Positions 26,529 through 35,475 of a DNA stretch of 47,009 nucleotides are shown here, one piece after another. The position numbers and the translations under genes were made by a program. Origin of the DNA: Gemmatimonadota bacterium (GTDB lineage Bacteria; Gemmatimonadota; Gemmatimonadetes; Gemmatimonadales; Gemmatimonadaceae); the NCBI GenBank assembly GCA_040389905.1, contig JAZJZK010000045.1:1-47009 (forward strand), given 5' to 3'. The notes beneath the pieces are model-generated. The model saw nothing but the letters and a program-made list of their open reading frames with translations. It did no database searches and had not been told where the DNA came from. Numbering within the stretch: the first letter of the stretch is position 1; every line of letters starts with the position of its first letter.

Positions 26529-27689
26529 ATGAGTATCGTTGGCGTCGCCGGCAGGTCGTTATTGCTGGCGATCGCATTTGGCGGATGCATCGACTTCGCA
26601 GGGCCTTCTGCCGTCGGTCCGCCCACGACGCCCACGATCTCGGTGGGCCCGGAGTTCACATGTTCGGTGATTCGTGATGGCCATACGCTGTGCTGGGGCC
26701 ACAACGAGCGCGGTCAGCTTGGCATCGGAACCACCGACGATCATTCACTGCCGCAGCTGATCGGCGACGGCGTCGTGTTTGCCGCGGTCGACGTGGGAGA
26801 GAGCGGAGGCTGCGCGCTCACGACCTTTGGCGCGACGCAATGCTGGGGACCGTACTTCTCGGCGTCAGTGCCGTCGGAGCTTCGCACGCCTCAGGCGCTC
26901 GTCGCGGTGGTCGCCGGCGGCACAGCCGGCTGTGGCCTCGACGCGACGCGGGTCGCGTGGTGCTGGGGCGTAAACACCTTCGGGCAGGTTGGAAGCGGCG
27001 ATGTCATCAATCACGAAGTCGCTGTGAAGGTTGCGGGTGGTCGCACCTTTTCGAGCATTACGGCGGGACTGCTTCACGCGTGCGCGCTGACCGACGCGGG
27101 AGAGGCGTGGTGCTGGGGACACAACCTCGACAGTGAGCTCGGAACGGGAACGGCGGTGAACAGCCTCGTGCCCGTTCAGGTCAGTGGTGGGAGCGTCTTC
27201 AAGAGCATCAGCGCCGGTGGCGGATACACCTGCGGCATCGCGAAGGATGATTCGGCGTATTGTTGGGGTAGCAACGCGGCGGGCCAGCTTGGTGTCGGCG
27301 ATACGGAACGGCGGCTGACACCGGCAAAGGTCCTCGGCGGACTGACGTTCGCGTCGATCCAGGCGGGGAAGGGCAACAGCACCCTGCTTCCAACCTGCGG
27401 CGTTACCCTGGCGGGAGACGCCTACTGTTGGGGATATAACGAATACGCACAACTCGGTGCGTCAACGTCGGAGACCTGCGTTTACCGCGGCACCCCGACG
27501 CCGTGTGCGACGACGCCCATCCGCGTGACTGGGCTCGGGAAGGTGACGTCGATTGGCGGGAGCACGCGCCACAGTTGCGCGGTGACGACGGATAAGCAGA
27601 TATACTGCTGGGGCGACAACGCGCGCGGAGAGCTGGGGAATGGCTCGACGCGCGCGAGTAGCGTACCAGTGAAGGTGTTGATGCCGTGA
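26529..27689 (+). CDS. RCC1/BLIP-II-like repeat beta-propeller lipoprotein
   Basis: Seven CWG.N..G(Q/E)LG-type repeats, one degenerate; lipobox FGGC; GAGG RBS before ATG 26529. Confidence 0.85.
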   Translation: MSIVGVAGRSLLLAIAFGGCIDFAGPSAVGPPTTPTISVGPEFTCSVIRDGHTLCWGHNERGQLGIGTTDDHSLPQLIGDGVVFAAVDVGESGGCALTTFGATQCWGPYFSASVPSELRTPQALVAVVAGGTAGCGLDATRVAWCWGVNTFGQVGSGDVINHEVAVKVAGGRTFSSITAGLLHACALTDAGEAWCWGHNLDSELGTGTAVNSLVPVQVSGGSVFKSISAGGGYTCGIAKDDSAYCWGSNAAGQLGVGDTERRLTPAKVLGGLTFASIQAGKGNSTLLPTCGVTLAGDAYCWGYNEYAQLGASTSETCVYRGTPTPCATTPIRVTGLGKVTSIGGSTRHSCAVTTDKQIYCWGDNARGELGNGSTRASSVPVKVLMP

Positions 27690-27729
27690 ACAGCGCGCGA
27701 GCCCGCGCGCTCCGCGCGCAAGACGCTGC

Positions 27730-28950
27730 TCACGCTATCTTGGGCGCTGCGAACCTCGGTGCCGCAACGAGCGTGGTCGCCCCCCGCAATCTCGCTTGAG
27801 AAGGTGCTTTTTCCGCAACCAACGGCGTCGCGGCCGCAATGTCCGTCAGCGCGCGGGCAGCGATGATGCCGCGCATGATCGGTTCGATCAACCCCCAGGC
27901 CTCGCTGATCTCGCCACCGATGCAAATCTGAGATGGACTGAGCGTGTTGATGATGTTGGCGAGTCCAGCACCGAGATATTTCGCGGTTTCCTCGATCGCG
28001 CGAATGGCTCGTTCGTTCCCGCTCTCGGCCAGCGCGATGATATCGGCGATCGTGAGGCCCGACGCTTGTACGAGTGTTCTGGCGGTAAGGGGAGAAAACT
28101 CGTGGCCGAGGTAGCGCACGAGCGTCGCGAGGTCGGAGGAGTACGCTTCAAGACAGCCGCGACCACCACAGTGGCACGGCGGACCGTCGGCGCTCAGGGG
28201 AACGTGTCCGAACTCGCCCGCGGTGTTGCGCATGCCGCGCAGTACCTGGCCGTTCACGACGACCCCCGTGCCCACACCATCCGAGACGTTTACGTAGACG
28301 AAATCGGTGAGCTCGCCACCACCACGCTGGCCGAGCCACATCAATGCCAGTGCACATGCAATCGGCGCATTCTCGACGAACACGGGAAGGCCAACCGCGT
28401 CCGACAGCGCGTCCACGATGTCGACGTTGCGCCATCCAAGGTGGGGGGCGTTGAGCACGCGTCCCGTCACGCTATCGACCATCCCCGGCACCACCAACCC
28501 GAGGCCTTCGCAGGTGCCTGCGTCACCATGCGTTGCCAGCAGGCGGCGCACGCGGAGTTTCAGCTCAGCGACGAGCGCCATCGGATCCTCGATGGTCTCG
28601 AAGGTCTCGAGCGCAATGGCCGTTCCGCTGAAGTCGCCTAGCATCACGTACGTGCGACTGAATCGGACGTCGATGGAGATGACCAACCGGCCGCGCGTGC
28701 GAACGAACAGCATCTGCGGCCGCCGGCCGCGCGGTGAATCGACGGTTGCCCCTTCGTAGAGGGAGCCATCCTCGATGAGCTCGTCGACGAGCGAGGTCAC
28801 CATGCCGCGAGCGATTTCCATGCGGCGCGAGAGATCGGCTCGGGAGATGGGCTCGTGCTCGCGCACCAGATTGAGGAGGATCTGGCGGTTGACCTCCCTG
28901 GGCGTCGAGCGCGTTGCCCGCACAAAGCTTCGCGTGTTGATCTTTCGCAT
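27730..28950 (-). CDS. ROK-family transcriptional repressor (XylR/NagC-like)
   Basis: N-terminal HTH (NRQILLNLVREHEPISRADLSR), GRRP linker, AGEFGH, CHCGGRGCLE Zn motif; start reassigned to ATG 28950 (MRKINTR). Confidence 0.92.
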   Translation of the reverse strand: MRKINTRSFVRATRSTPREVNRQILLNLVREHEPISRADLSRRMEIARGMVTSLVDELIEDGSLYEGATVDSPRGRRPQMLFVRTRGRLVISIDVRFSRTYVMLGDFSGTAIALETFETIEDPMALVAELKLRVRRLLATHGDAGTCEGLGLVVPGMVDSVTGRVLNAPHLGWRNVDIVDALSDAVGLPVFVENAPIACALALMWLGQRGGGELTDFVYVNVSDGVGTGVVVNGQVLRGMRNTAGEFGHVPLSADGPPCHCGGRGCLEAYSSDLATLVRYLGHEFSPLTARTLVQASGLTIADIIALAESGNERAIRAIEETAKYLGAGLANIINTLSPSQICIGGEISEAWGLIEPIMRGIIAARALTDIAAATPLVAEKAPSQARLRGATTLVAAPRFAAPKIA

Positions 28951-28966
28951 GCGTCCGGGGGAGGGA

Positions 28967-29012
28967 TTTGTTTGCTCGCGTAACAATAGTGCGCGATATT
29001 GTATGGTGGCAA
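28967..29012 (-). promoter_or_regulatory. ROK gene promoter with overlapping operator 4
   Basis: Operator reads ATTGTTA-N7-AAACAAA on the minus strand (28987-28967), 16 nt before the ATG; a candidate TTGCCA-N18-TATTGT promoter overlaps it. Confidence 0.65.
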
Positions 29013-29124
29013 GACGAGCTCACCGGTGTCGCGCACTGCCAAATATTTGGGGAATTTCGCCGTTGTGCCGGCCGGGGCTCACCCCCATTATCATTGCTGA
29101 CCAGAACCCGTGGTGGAGTCGAGC

Positions 29125-29508
29125 GTGCCCGAGCTAGCGTTTCGAGATGGCGTGATGGACCGCATTCGCATGCGCGAAACGCGGTTCGACGAGCGCGCCT
29201 ATCTGTTCGTCCTTGGGTCGCTCGAGTTTTGCCAGCAGCGCCTTCCGGAGCGTCGCCACATCAGTGGACGTGAACTGGCGCTCGCCTGCCGAGATCTCGC
29301 CTTGGAGAAATTCGGCGTCATGGCCGGCCTCGTGCTCGAGCACTGGGGTGTGCGCACCTCGGCGGACATCGGCGACATTGTGTTCACACTCGTGGACCTC
29401 GAGTTGCTGATGAGTCAGGCGACGGATACGCGCGACGAATTCGCGGACGTCTTCGACTTCAATCACGCATTCGAGCGCGACTATCCCTGGTGCGCGCAGT
29501 TCGCCTGA
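29125..29508 (+). CDS. Minf_1886-family (PVC/Gemmatimonadota-type) uncharacterised protein
   Basis: AY.FV...L...RHISG.EL....R.LA...FG.MA..VL.HWG.....D.G.IVF.LV....D..D.F..VFDF; GGAG before GTG 29125. Confidence 0.75.
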   Translation: MPELAFRDGVMDRIRMRETRFDERAYLFVLGSLEFCQQRLPERRHISGRELALACRDLALEKFGVMAGLVLEHWGVRTSADIGDIVFTLVDLELLMSQATDTRDEFADVFDFNHAFERDYPWCAQFA

Positions 29509-29537
29509 CAGGCGAACCCAATGGGTAAGTTGACCGT

Positions 29538-31088
29538 GTGAGACTTCCCACGGTTGCGAGTTCGGAGGGCGCAAAGCGCGCCGATGCCAGTGCCATCGAC
29601 GGCGGCATTCCGTCGCGCGCGCTCATGCAACGGGCCGGTGCCGCTGCCGCAACAGAGATCGGGCTTCGGTTTCCCGACCTGCTCGCCCACGGAGTCGTGG
29701 TCGCGACGGGCTCCGGAAACAATGGCGGCGATGGGTGGGTCGTCGCGCGCGCGCTGCACGCGACTGGTATTCCGGTGCGCGTGGTCGAGTGCAAGTCGTC
29801 ATCGACGACCGATGCGAAGGCAGAGCGGCAGCTCGCGATCGATGCGGGTGTGCGAGTCGACCTCGACCTGGACGCGCTTGTTGCCGGTCAGGAGCAGCTT
29901 CTCGTCGACGCATTGCTTGGGACGGGAATCACGAGCGACGAGCCGCTCATGGGCCCCATTGCGAAAGGGGTGGCACTCCTCATGGCACGTCAGCGTGATG
30001 GAGCCACCGTGGTCGCCCTCGACGTGCCCAGCGGGGCGGACGCCACCTCGGGAATGCATGTCGGCTCGCCGCGGTGTTCGTTGACGCTGGCCTTCGGAAC
30101 GCTCAAGCGGTGCCACCTCGTGTCGCGAGAGCGGTGTGGAGCGACGGTCCTTCTCGACATTGGGCTCGGCGACCACGTCGATGCGGCGGGGGCGGCGCGA
30201 CTGGCAACCCTCGAGTGGTTTGCGCGGTCGGTGCCCGCAATTGCTGCCGGTGCGCACAAGGGAACTCGGAAGAAGATCGCGATTATCGGCGGGGCCGAGG
30301 GAATGGCCGGCGCAGCAATGCTTGCTGCTCGCGGCGCGCTGCGGAGTGGAGCGGGGATGGTGAAATGCGTCGTGGCTCGCGAGTCGCTCATGGCGATTCA
30401 AGCGGGAGAGCCTGCTGCACTTGCCGCAGTATGGCCCGAGAGCGATGAGGCGTTCGCCCACGAGTTGGGCGACTGGGCCGACGTGCTGCTCATCGGCCCA
30501 GGGCTTGGAAAGCGCGCCGCTCGGCCGATGATGGAGCGTGCGCTCAGGGTATTCCGCGGCCCGGTCGTTCTCGATGCGGATGCATTGAACGGGTTCGAGG
30601 GAGACGCCGCCGCCCTCGCGCCATTGATCGGAAACCGTGAAGCGCTCCTCACGCCGCATCCCGCGGAGTTTGCGCGCCTGACGTCGATGGACGTCGATGG
30701 TGTGCTGCGGGACCGGTTCGAAGCGCCGTCGGCGCTCGCAGCTACCACGCGCGCCACGGTCCTGCTCAAGGGCGTGCCAACAACCGTCGCGTCGCCGTCG
30801 GGCGCTGTGATGATCGTCGCGGAAGGAACACCGATTCTCGGCACCGGTGGCTCCGGCGACGTGCTCGGCGGCATTGCCGCGACGTTGCTCGCGCAGACGC
30901 ACGATGCGCATCTTGGGGGATCGCTCGCGGCATTCGCGCACGGACGAGCGGCTGCACTCGTGAGCGCCAGGCAGGTGCGAGGATTTACGCTCGAGGACGT
31001 TCTTGCAACGTTGCCCGACGTCTGGTCACTTCAGGCACCGCACGGGCGTCCGCCCATTCTGTGTGAGATCCCCGCCGTGGGCGAATGA
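29538..31088 (+). CDS. nnr: Bifunctional NAD(P)H-hydrate epimerase/dehydratase
   Basis: GSGNNGGDG, DALLGTG, DVPSG, HKG, DADAL, TPHPAEF, GTGGSGDVL. Confidence 0.93.
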   Translation: MRLPTVASSEGAKRADASAIDGGIPSRALMQRAGAAAATEIGLRFPDLLAHGVVVATGSGNNGGDGWVVARALHATGIPVRVVECKSSSTTDAKAERQLAIDAGVRVDLDLDALVAGQEQLLVDALLGTGITSDEPLMGPIAKGVALLMARQRDGATVVALDVPSGADATSGMHVGSPRCSLTLAFGTLKRCHLVSRERCGATVLLDIGLGDHVDAAGAARLATLEWFARSVPAIAAGAHKGTRKKIAIIGGAEGMAGAAMLAARGALRSGAGMVKCVVARESLMAIQAGEPAALAAVWPESDEAFAHELGDWADVLLIGPGLGKRAARPMMERALRVFRGPVVLDADALNGFEGDAAALAPLIGNREALLTPHPAEFARLTSMDVDGVLRDRFEAPSALAATTRATVLLKGVPTTVASPSGAVMIVAEGTPILGTGGSGDVLGGIAATLLAQTHDAHLGGSLAAFAHGRAAALVSARQVRGFTLEDVLATLPDVWSLQAPHGRPPILCEIPAVGE

Positions 31089-32032
31089 GCGTGCTCGAAA
31101 CGAACATTCCGATGGGCGCCGGCGCCGAGTTCGACGCTATCCGGCGACTGCTTGCAGTCTGGGGCTCGCAGGCCACGGGAATCGGCGATGACGCCGCCGT
31201 CGTCGACATCCCGCCTGGCGAGCGACTGGTGGCAAGCACCGATGCCTGTGTCGAGAACGTCCACTTTCGGCGCGGCTGGCTCAGCGCGCAGGAGATCGGC
31301 GGTCGGGCCGCGGCCGCCGCGCTGAGCGATCTTGCCGCCATGGGTGCAACGCCTCGGGGCGTTCTGGTGGCAATGGCCCTGCCCATCGCGTGGCGGCCAG
31401 AAATCGAGGCGCTGGCGCGCGGGATCGGTGACGTCGCGGCGAGCGTCGGATGCCCGATCATCGGGGGAAACATCACGACCGCCACGGAACTGTCGCTGAC
31501 ACTCAGCGTACTCGGCAGCGCGGCGCGGCCGGTGAGCAGGGCGGGGGCGCAGCCCGGGGACATCATCTTTGTGACAGGGCGCCTCGGCGGCCCTGGCGCT
31601 GCCCTCGACGAACTTCGACGAGGCGGTACGCCGGCGCCCGGGCATCGCGCGCGCTTTGCAGCTCCGCTGCCGAGGATTCACGAAGGGCTGTGGCTCGCCG
31701 CGCGAGGAGCTCACGCAGCCATCGATATTTCCGATGGACTCGCGGCCGATGCCGCGCATCTCGCGCGTGCGAGTGGCGTATCCCTGTCGATCCGCGCCGA
31801 GGCGCTGCCTTGTGTGAACGGCGTCACCATGACCGACGCGCTCCGAAGTGGAGAGGAGTATGAGCTTCTCGTGACGATGCCAGCGGGGTTCGGCTCAACG
31901 ACCGAGTTCGAGCAGCTATTCGGAATTCCCCTGACTGCGATCGGTACGGTCACGGCCGCGGCGGACGGCGACATTACCTATTCGGGGACCGCGCAGATCA
32001 CGCATGGGAAGGGGTTCGACCATCTCGCCTGA
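31085..32032 (+). CDS. thiL: Thiamine-monophosphate kinase
   Basis: GIGDDAA, STD, HF, SDLAAMGA, DISDGL, GEEYELL, GFDH; ATGA overlap with nnr. Confidence 0.93.
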   Translation: MSVLETNIPMGAGAEFDAIRRLLAVWGSQATGIGDDAAVVDIPPGERLVASTDACVENVHFRRGWLSAQEIGGRAAAAALSDLAAMGATPRGVLVAMALPIAWRPEIEALARGIGDVAASVGCPIIGGNITTATELSLTLSVLGSAARPVSRAGAQPGDIIFVTGRLGGPGAALDELRRGGTPAPGHRARFAAPLPRIHEGLWLAARGAHAAIDISDGLAADAAHLARASGVSLSIRAEALPCVNGVTMTDALRSGEEYELLVTMPAGFGSTTEFEQLFGIPLTAIGTVTAAADGDITYSGTAQITHGKGFDHLA

Positions 32033-32857
32033 ATGACGATTCGCTTCGATCGTTTCGAGTTCGACGATACAAGCGGCGAGCTTCGCGACGGCGCGACGGT
32101 TACGCGTCTCGCGCCGCAGGTTGCCGCCGTGCTCGCGCTACTTCTCGCGAATGCGGATTCCGTCGTCACACGCGATCGGTTCAAGGAGGAACTCTGGCCA
32201 GACACGACCGTCGAATTCGATGACGGACTGAATTTCTGCATCCGGCAACTCCGTGTAGCACTTGGCGACGACGCGTCTTCGCCGCGTTTCGTCGAGACAT
32301 TGCCGCGTCGTGGCTACCGTTTCATTGCGCCGGTCCTTGGCGACCGTGAGGTGCGAGTCGACTCCGCGCCCTCGTCATCATCGCGACGCTGGCGTGCGGC
32401 GGTGGTCGGAACGCTCTTCGCCGGTGCGGCGGTCGCCGCACTTATCAGTTGGCGCGGGGTGCTCGGCGTTCCACCACGCGTTGTGCTCGCGGTTCTCCCC
32501 TTCGATGTCGATATGGCTGACTCGGCGGCCGCTCGGTATCAGAAGGGCCTTGCCGAAGGGCTTGTAGTCACGCTCACGAATGCCGCAGGTGCGCGCGCCT
32601 CGGTCGTGGGGCCGCTCTCCACGGCGCGCTTCGGCGGGATGCGGACGCCGGTAGATAGCCTGGGCGAGGTACTCGGAGCAACGCACGTGCTGTCGGGGGC
32701 GATCAGTCGCGATTCGAACGGGCTTCGCGTCTTCGCGCAACTCATTCGAGTGAGTGATCGGCGGCACCTCTTCGCCGCGCGGTTGCCGGGGGCGAGGGTG
32801 GACAGCGTGGCGAATGGGGTGCTGCAGACGCTTGGTTTGAGGCTGAAGGGCCACTGA
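32033..32857 (+). CDS. Membrane-anchored OmpR/CadC-type winged-helix regulator with TolB-N-like domain
   Basis: LW.DT.V.FD.GLNFCIRQLR.ALGD....PRFVETLPRRGYRF; one TM helix; VLAVLPF domain. Confidence 0.82.
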   Translation: MTIRFDRFEFDDTSGELRDGATVTRLAPQVAAVLALLLANADSVVTRDRFKEELWPDTTVEFDDGLNFCIRQLRVALGDDASSPRFVETLPRRGYRFIAPVLGDREVRVDSAPSSSSRRWRAAVVGTLFAGAAVAALISWRGVLGVPPRVVLAVLPFDVDMADSAAARYQKGLAEGLVVTLTNAAGARASVVGPLSTARFGGMRTPVDSLGEVLGATHVLSGAISRDSNGLRVFAQLIRVSDRRHLFAARLPGARVDSVANGVLQTLGLRLKGH

Positions 32858-33101
32858 CGTACCGTGTACCTCGTACAACCACTGACGTACCAAGTACTCG
32901 GACCCGGTACCGGGACTGGCATACCGGCCAAAGTGAGCCATCGAGAGAGCCTTCCGGAGATTGGTTCGCGTACGCGGTACTTCGTGCGGCGGCGAGTTGG
33001 GCGCGCTCATGGGATCGATGGCTCTCTTTCGGTTGAGTGCCAGTCCGGGTACAGGGTCGGGGTACGTCGTACGTATGTGGTTGTACCCCATGCGTTCGTA
33101 C
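32851..33101. repeat. GTAC-rich long imperfect hairpin
   Basis: 32873-32922 matches the reverse complement of 33037-33086 at 41 of 50 positions; inner gagccatcga/tcgatggctc pairing; 13 GTAC tetramers. Confidence 0.75.
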
Positions 33102-33202
33102 GTTGGTAAAACAGCCCTCAGCGAAAACTCAGCGCCATTTCTGTTGCCGGATGCGCTCTTCCGACCGAAGGTGGTCCCCCTGAGACCACACCACGGAGCC
33201 CC

Positions 33203-33730
33203 ATGTCCATCAATCGTCGCGACGCCATCCACCGTCTGGCCACCAGCACCGGCGCACTCTGCGCCGGCGCACTACTCGGCTGTGCCGCCACGCCAGCCCC
33301 GGTTGCCGCTCCACAACCGCCGGCCGCCACTCCGCCGCAACTCCCGCCGCCGCTGCCGGCCGACCTCGTGAAGGCCTTTGTCGTCGCGGCGCACGCGGAC
33401 CTCGACAAGGTCAAGGCGATGCTGGCCGCCGAACCACACCTCATCAACGCGACGTGGGACTGGAAGGCCGGCGATTTCGAGACCGCACTTGGTGGCGCGT
33501 CGCACATGGGGCGTCCCGACATTGCTGCATACTTGTTGGCGAACGGCGCGCGAATGGACGTCTTCTGCGCGACGATGATGGGCAAGCTCTCGGTGGTTCG
33601 CGCCTGCGTGGACGACGATCCGAGCGTGCTCACCGTGAAGGGTCCGCACGGGATTTCGCTGCTTCGGCATGCCCAGGCTGGGAAGCAGGACGCGACGGTG
33701 GCATTCCTGATCTCCAGAGGGGCAGCCTAG
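33203..33730 (+). CDS. Ankyrin-like protein with Tat-like/lipoprotein signal
   Basis: SINRRDAI...LLGC; Pro-rich linker; ETALGGASHMG..DIA.YLL.NGA. Confidence 0.75.
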   Translation: MSINRRDAIHRLATSTGALCAGALLGCAATPAPVAAPQPPAATPPQLPPPLPADLVKAFVVAAHADLDKVKAMLAAEPHLINATWDWKAGDFETALGGASHMGRPDIAAYLLANGARMDVFCATMMGKLSVVRACVDDDPSVLTVKGPHGISLLRHAQAGKQDATVAFLISRGAA

Positions 33731-33743
33731 CCCTCTTGCTCGA

Positions 33744-33827
33744 TTTGTCACGTTGAGCGTAGCAAAGGTCTGCACCCAAGTCACGAAACGGCAGGTGCGG
33801 GCCCTTCGCGTTGCTCAGGGCGACAAA
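33744..33827. repeat. REP-like palindromic element
   Basis: tttgtcacgttgagcg..aaggtctgcacc pairs with ggtgcgggcccttcgcgttgctcagggcgacaaa. Confidence 0.7.
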
Positions 33828-33920
33828 ACGAGCAACTAGCCCACCGGGCACCAAAAGGGAGCATGCGGGATTGGTTTTTGCGGCGCGGAACACTCCACGC
33901 CCCAGATACGTTCTTATTAC

Positions 33921-34685
33921 ATGCTTCGTACTCTGTTCGCCGGCGCCGTGCTGTCGGTGATGACGATTCTCCTGGCTCCGATCGCGGTCGCCGCGCATGT
34001 GCTGCGCATCGACGAGCGGAGCCATCGCGTTCAGCAATGGTGCATGCGCACGTGGGCGCGTTCCGTCTGTTGGGGCGCGGGGGTCACGCTCGAGTTGCAT
34101 GGGGAGGAGCACATCGTCGCCGATCGTGGGACGGTGTACGCGAGCAACCACGTCAGCTTCTTCGATATCTTCGCGATCGCGGCCCTGCTTCCGCGCTACA
34201 CATTCGTGGCGAAGGCGGAGTTGCGGCGGATCCCAATTTTTGGTTGGGGCGCGGAAGGGGCAGGAGTCGTGTTCCTCGCGCGCGAGAACCGCAAGATGGC
34301 GTTCGAGGCGTACGCACAGGTGGCGGAGAAGGTTCGTCGCGGGCTGAGCGTCATCGTGTATCCTGAGGGCACGCGAGGCGACGACTACCGGTTGGGGCCC
34401 TTCAAGAAGGGTCCATTCGTGCTCGCGATCGCAGCGGGGGCACCCGTCATTCCAGTCGTTGTATACGGGACGCGAGAAGTGATCGCCAAGGAACCTCGCG
34501 TGCGATCAGGAACGGTCCACGTGCACCTGCTGCCACCAGTGGAAACGGTGGGATACGATTACGATCACCGGCACGAGTTGATGCAGGTGGTGTGGTCTCG
34601 CATGGCGGAGACGCTTCGCGCGCAGTATGGTGTGGAGTCGGGCGAGCTGGGGGACGCTTCAAATCGCGTGGCGCGATCGGCGTAA
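33921..34685 (+). CDS. plsC: 1-acyl-sn-glycerol-3-phosphate (lysophospholipid) acyltransferase
   Basis: NHVSFFD (HX4D), FVAK.EL..IPIFG, YPEGTR, FKKG. Confidence 0.9.
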   Translation: MLRTLFAGAVLSVMTILLAPIAVAAHVLRIDERSHRVQQWCMRTWARSVCWGAGVTLELHGEEHIVADRGTVYASNHVSFFDIFAIAALLPRYTFVAKAELRRIPIFGWGAEGAGVVFLARENRKMAFEAYAQVAEKVRRGLSVIVYPEGTRGDDYRLGPFKKGPFVLAIAAGAPVIPVVVYGTREVIAKEPRVRSGTVHVHLLPPVETVGYDYDHRHELMQVVWSRMAETLRAQYGVESGELGDASNRVARSA

Positions 34686-34796
34686 TCGAAGGTGCATGCC
34701 ATTCGCGCGCCTGTCCATCGGCGACGAATCGCTCCATGCGTAAAACGCCTGGGTTCGGGGCGATAAAGATCAGTACGCCAACCTGGAGGCCAGACG

Positions 34797-35369
34797 ATGA
34801 AACGTATCTCCGTGCTGCTCGCCCTTGTCACCCTCGCGTCCGCCGCTGCTGCGCAAGAACCGCGTGCGAATGGAATCGACGGCCGCGCGCCACTCGCCAC
34901 GGACTCCGTTGCGCGCTCGGTGGCCGAGGCTGAGCTGGAAGGCGCACGGTATCCCCGCGCGGCGGAGTTGAATCCGCGCCGCCCTTGGGACGCCAACGCG
35001 CAGGGGACGTCCGAACGCAAGTGCCTGGAAGCCGACAAGCTGAGAGCTGCCCGGTCTGGTGATTTCTATGTGGGTGATTTCGCAGGCCGCACGGGGTGGC
35101 CGTCCTACAGCGAGATGTGGCGCACCGGTTACGGCAAACTGATCTGGCAACCCGTTCACCTGCCGTCGCCCGGCGTGGTCGTGCGTGCGACGCGACTCGA
35201 TGTCGGGGCGGAGTCGCGTGTCTACGGTCCGTTCCCCATATCACATCCGGGCGAATCGATGAGCACGACGTTTCACCCGAGCGGTGTACACGTGCCCACG
35301 ACCGGGCGATGGATGCTCGTCGCGACGTCCGGCTCGAATTGGGGCTGCTTCGTCATCACAGTGACGTAA
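34797..35369 (+). CDS. Secreted hypothetical protein
   Basis: Signal peptide ending AAAAQ; GGAGG RBS; C-terminal PSG...P..GRW.LVATSG.NWGCFV. Confidence 0.7.
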   Translation: MKRISVLLALVTLASAAAAQEPRANGIDGRAPLATDSVARSVAEAELEGARYPRAAELNPRRPWDANAQGTSERKCLEADKLRAARSGDFYVGDFAGRTGWPSYSEMWRTGYGKLIWQPVHLPSPGVVVRATRLDVGAESRVYGPFPISHPGESMSTTFHPSGVHVPTTGRWMLVATSGSNWGCFVITVT

Positions 35370-35378
35370 ACTCGAAAA

Positions 35379-35462
35379 TTGTCATCGCGAGCGACGTCGC
35401 GGAATCTGCACATGCGTGGTGCGGCGTGAAGTGCGGACCCTTCGCTGCGTTCAGGGTGACAA
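35379..35462. repeat. REP-like palindromic element between convergent genes
   Basis: ttgtcatcgcgagcg..gaatctgcac pairs with gtgcggacccttcgctgcgttcagggtgacaa. Confidence 0.7.
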
Positions 35463-35475
35463 ATCGAGCGTGGTG

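Noticed and set aside
28951..28986. Longer start for the ROK gene
   Set aside because: It overlaps the candidate operator and -10 box; ATG 28950 gives a typical ROK N-terminus.
32864..33371. ORFs across the GTAC hairpin (32864-33109, 32961-33371)
   Set aside because: Repeat-derived translations with no recognisable motifs.
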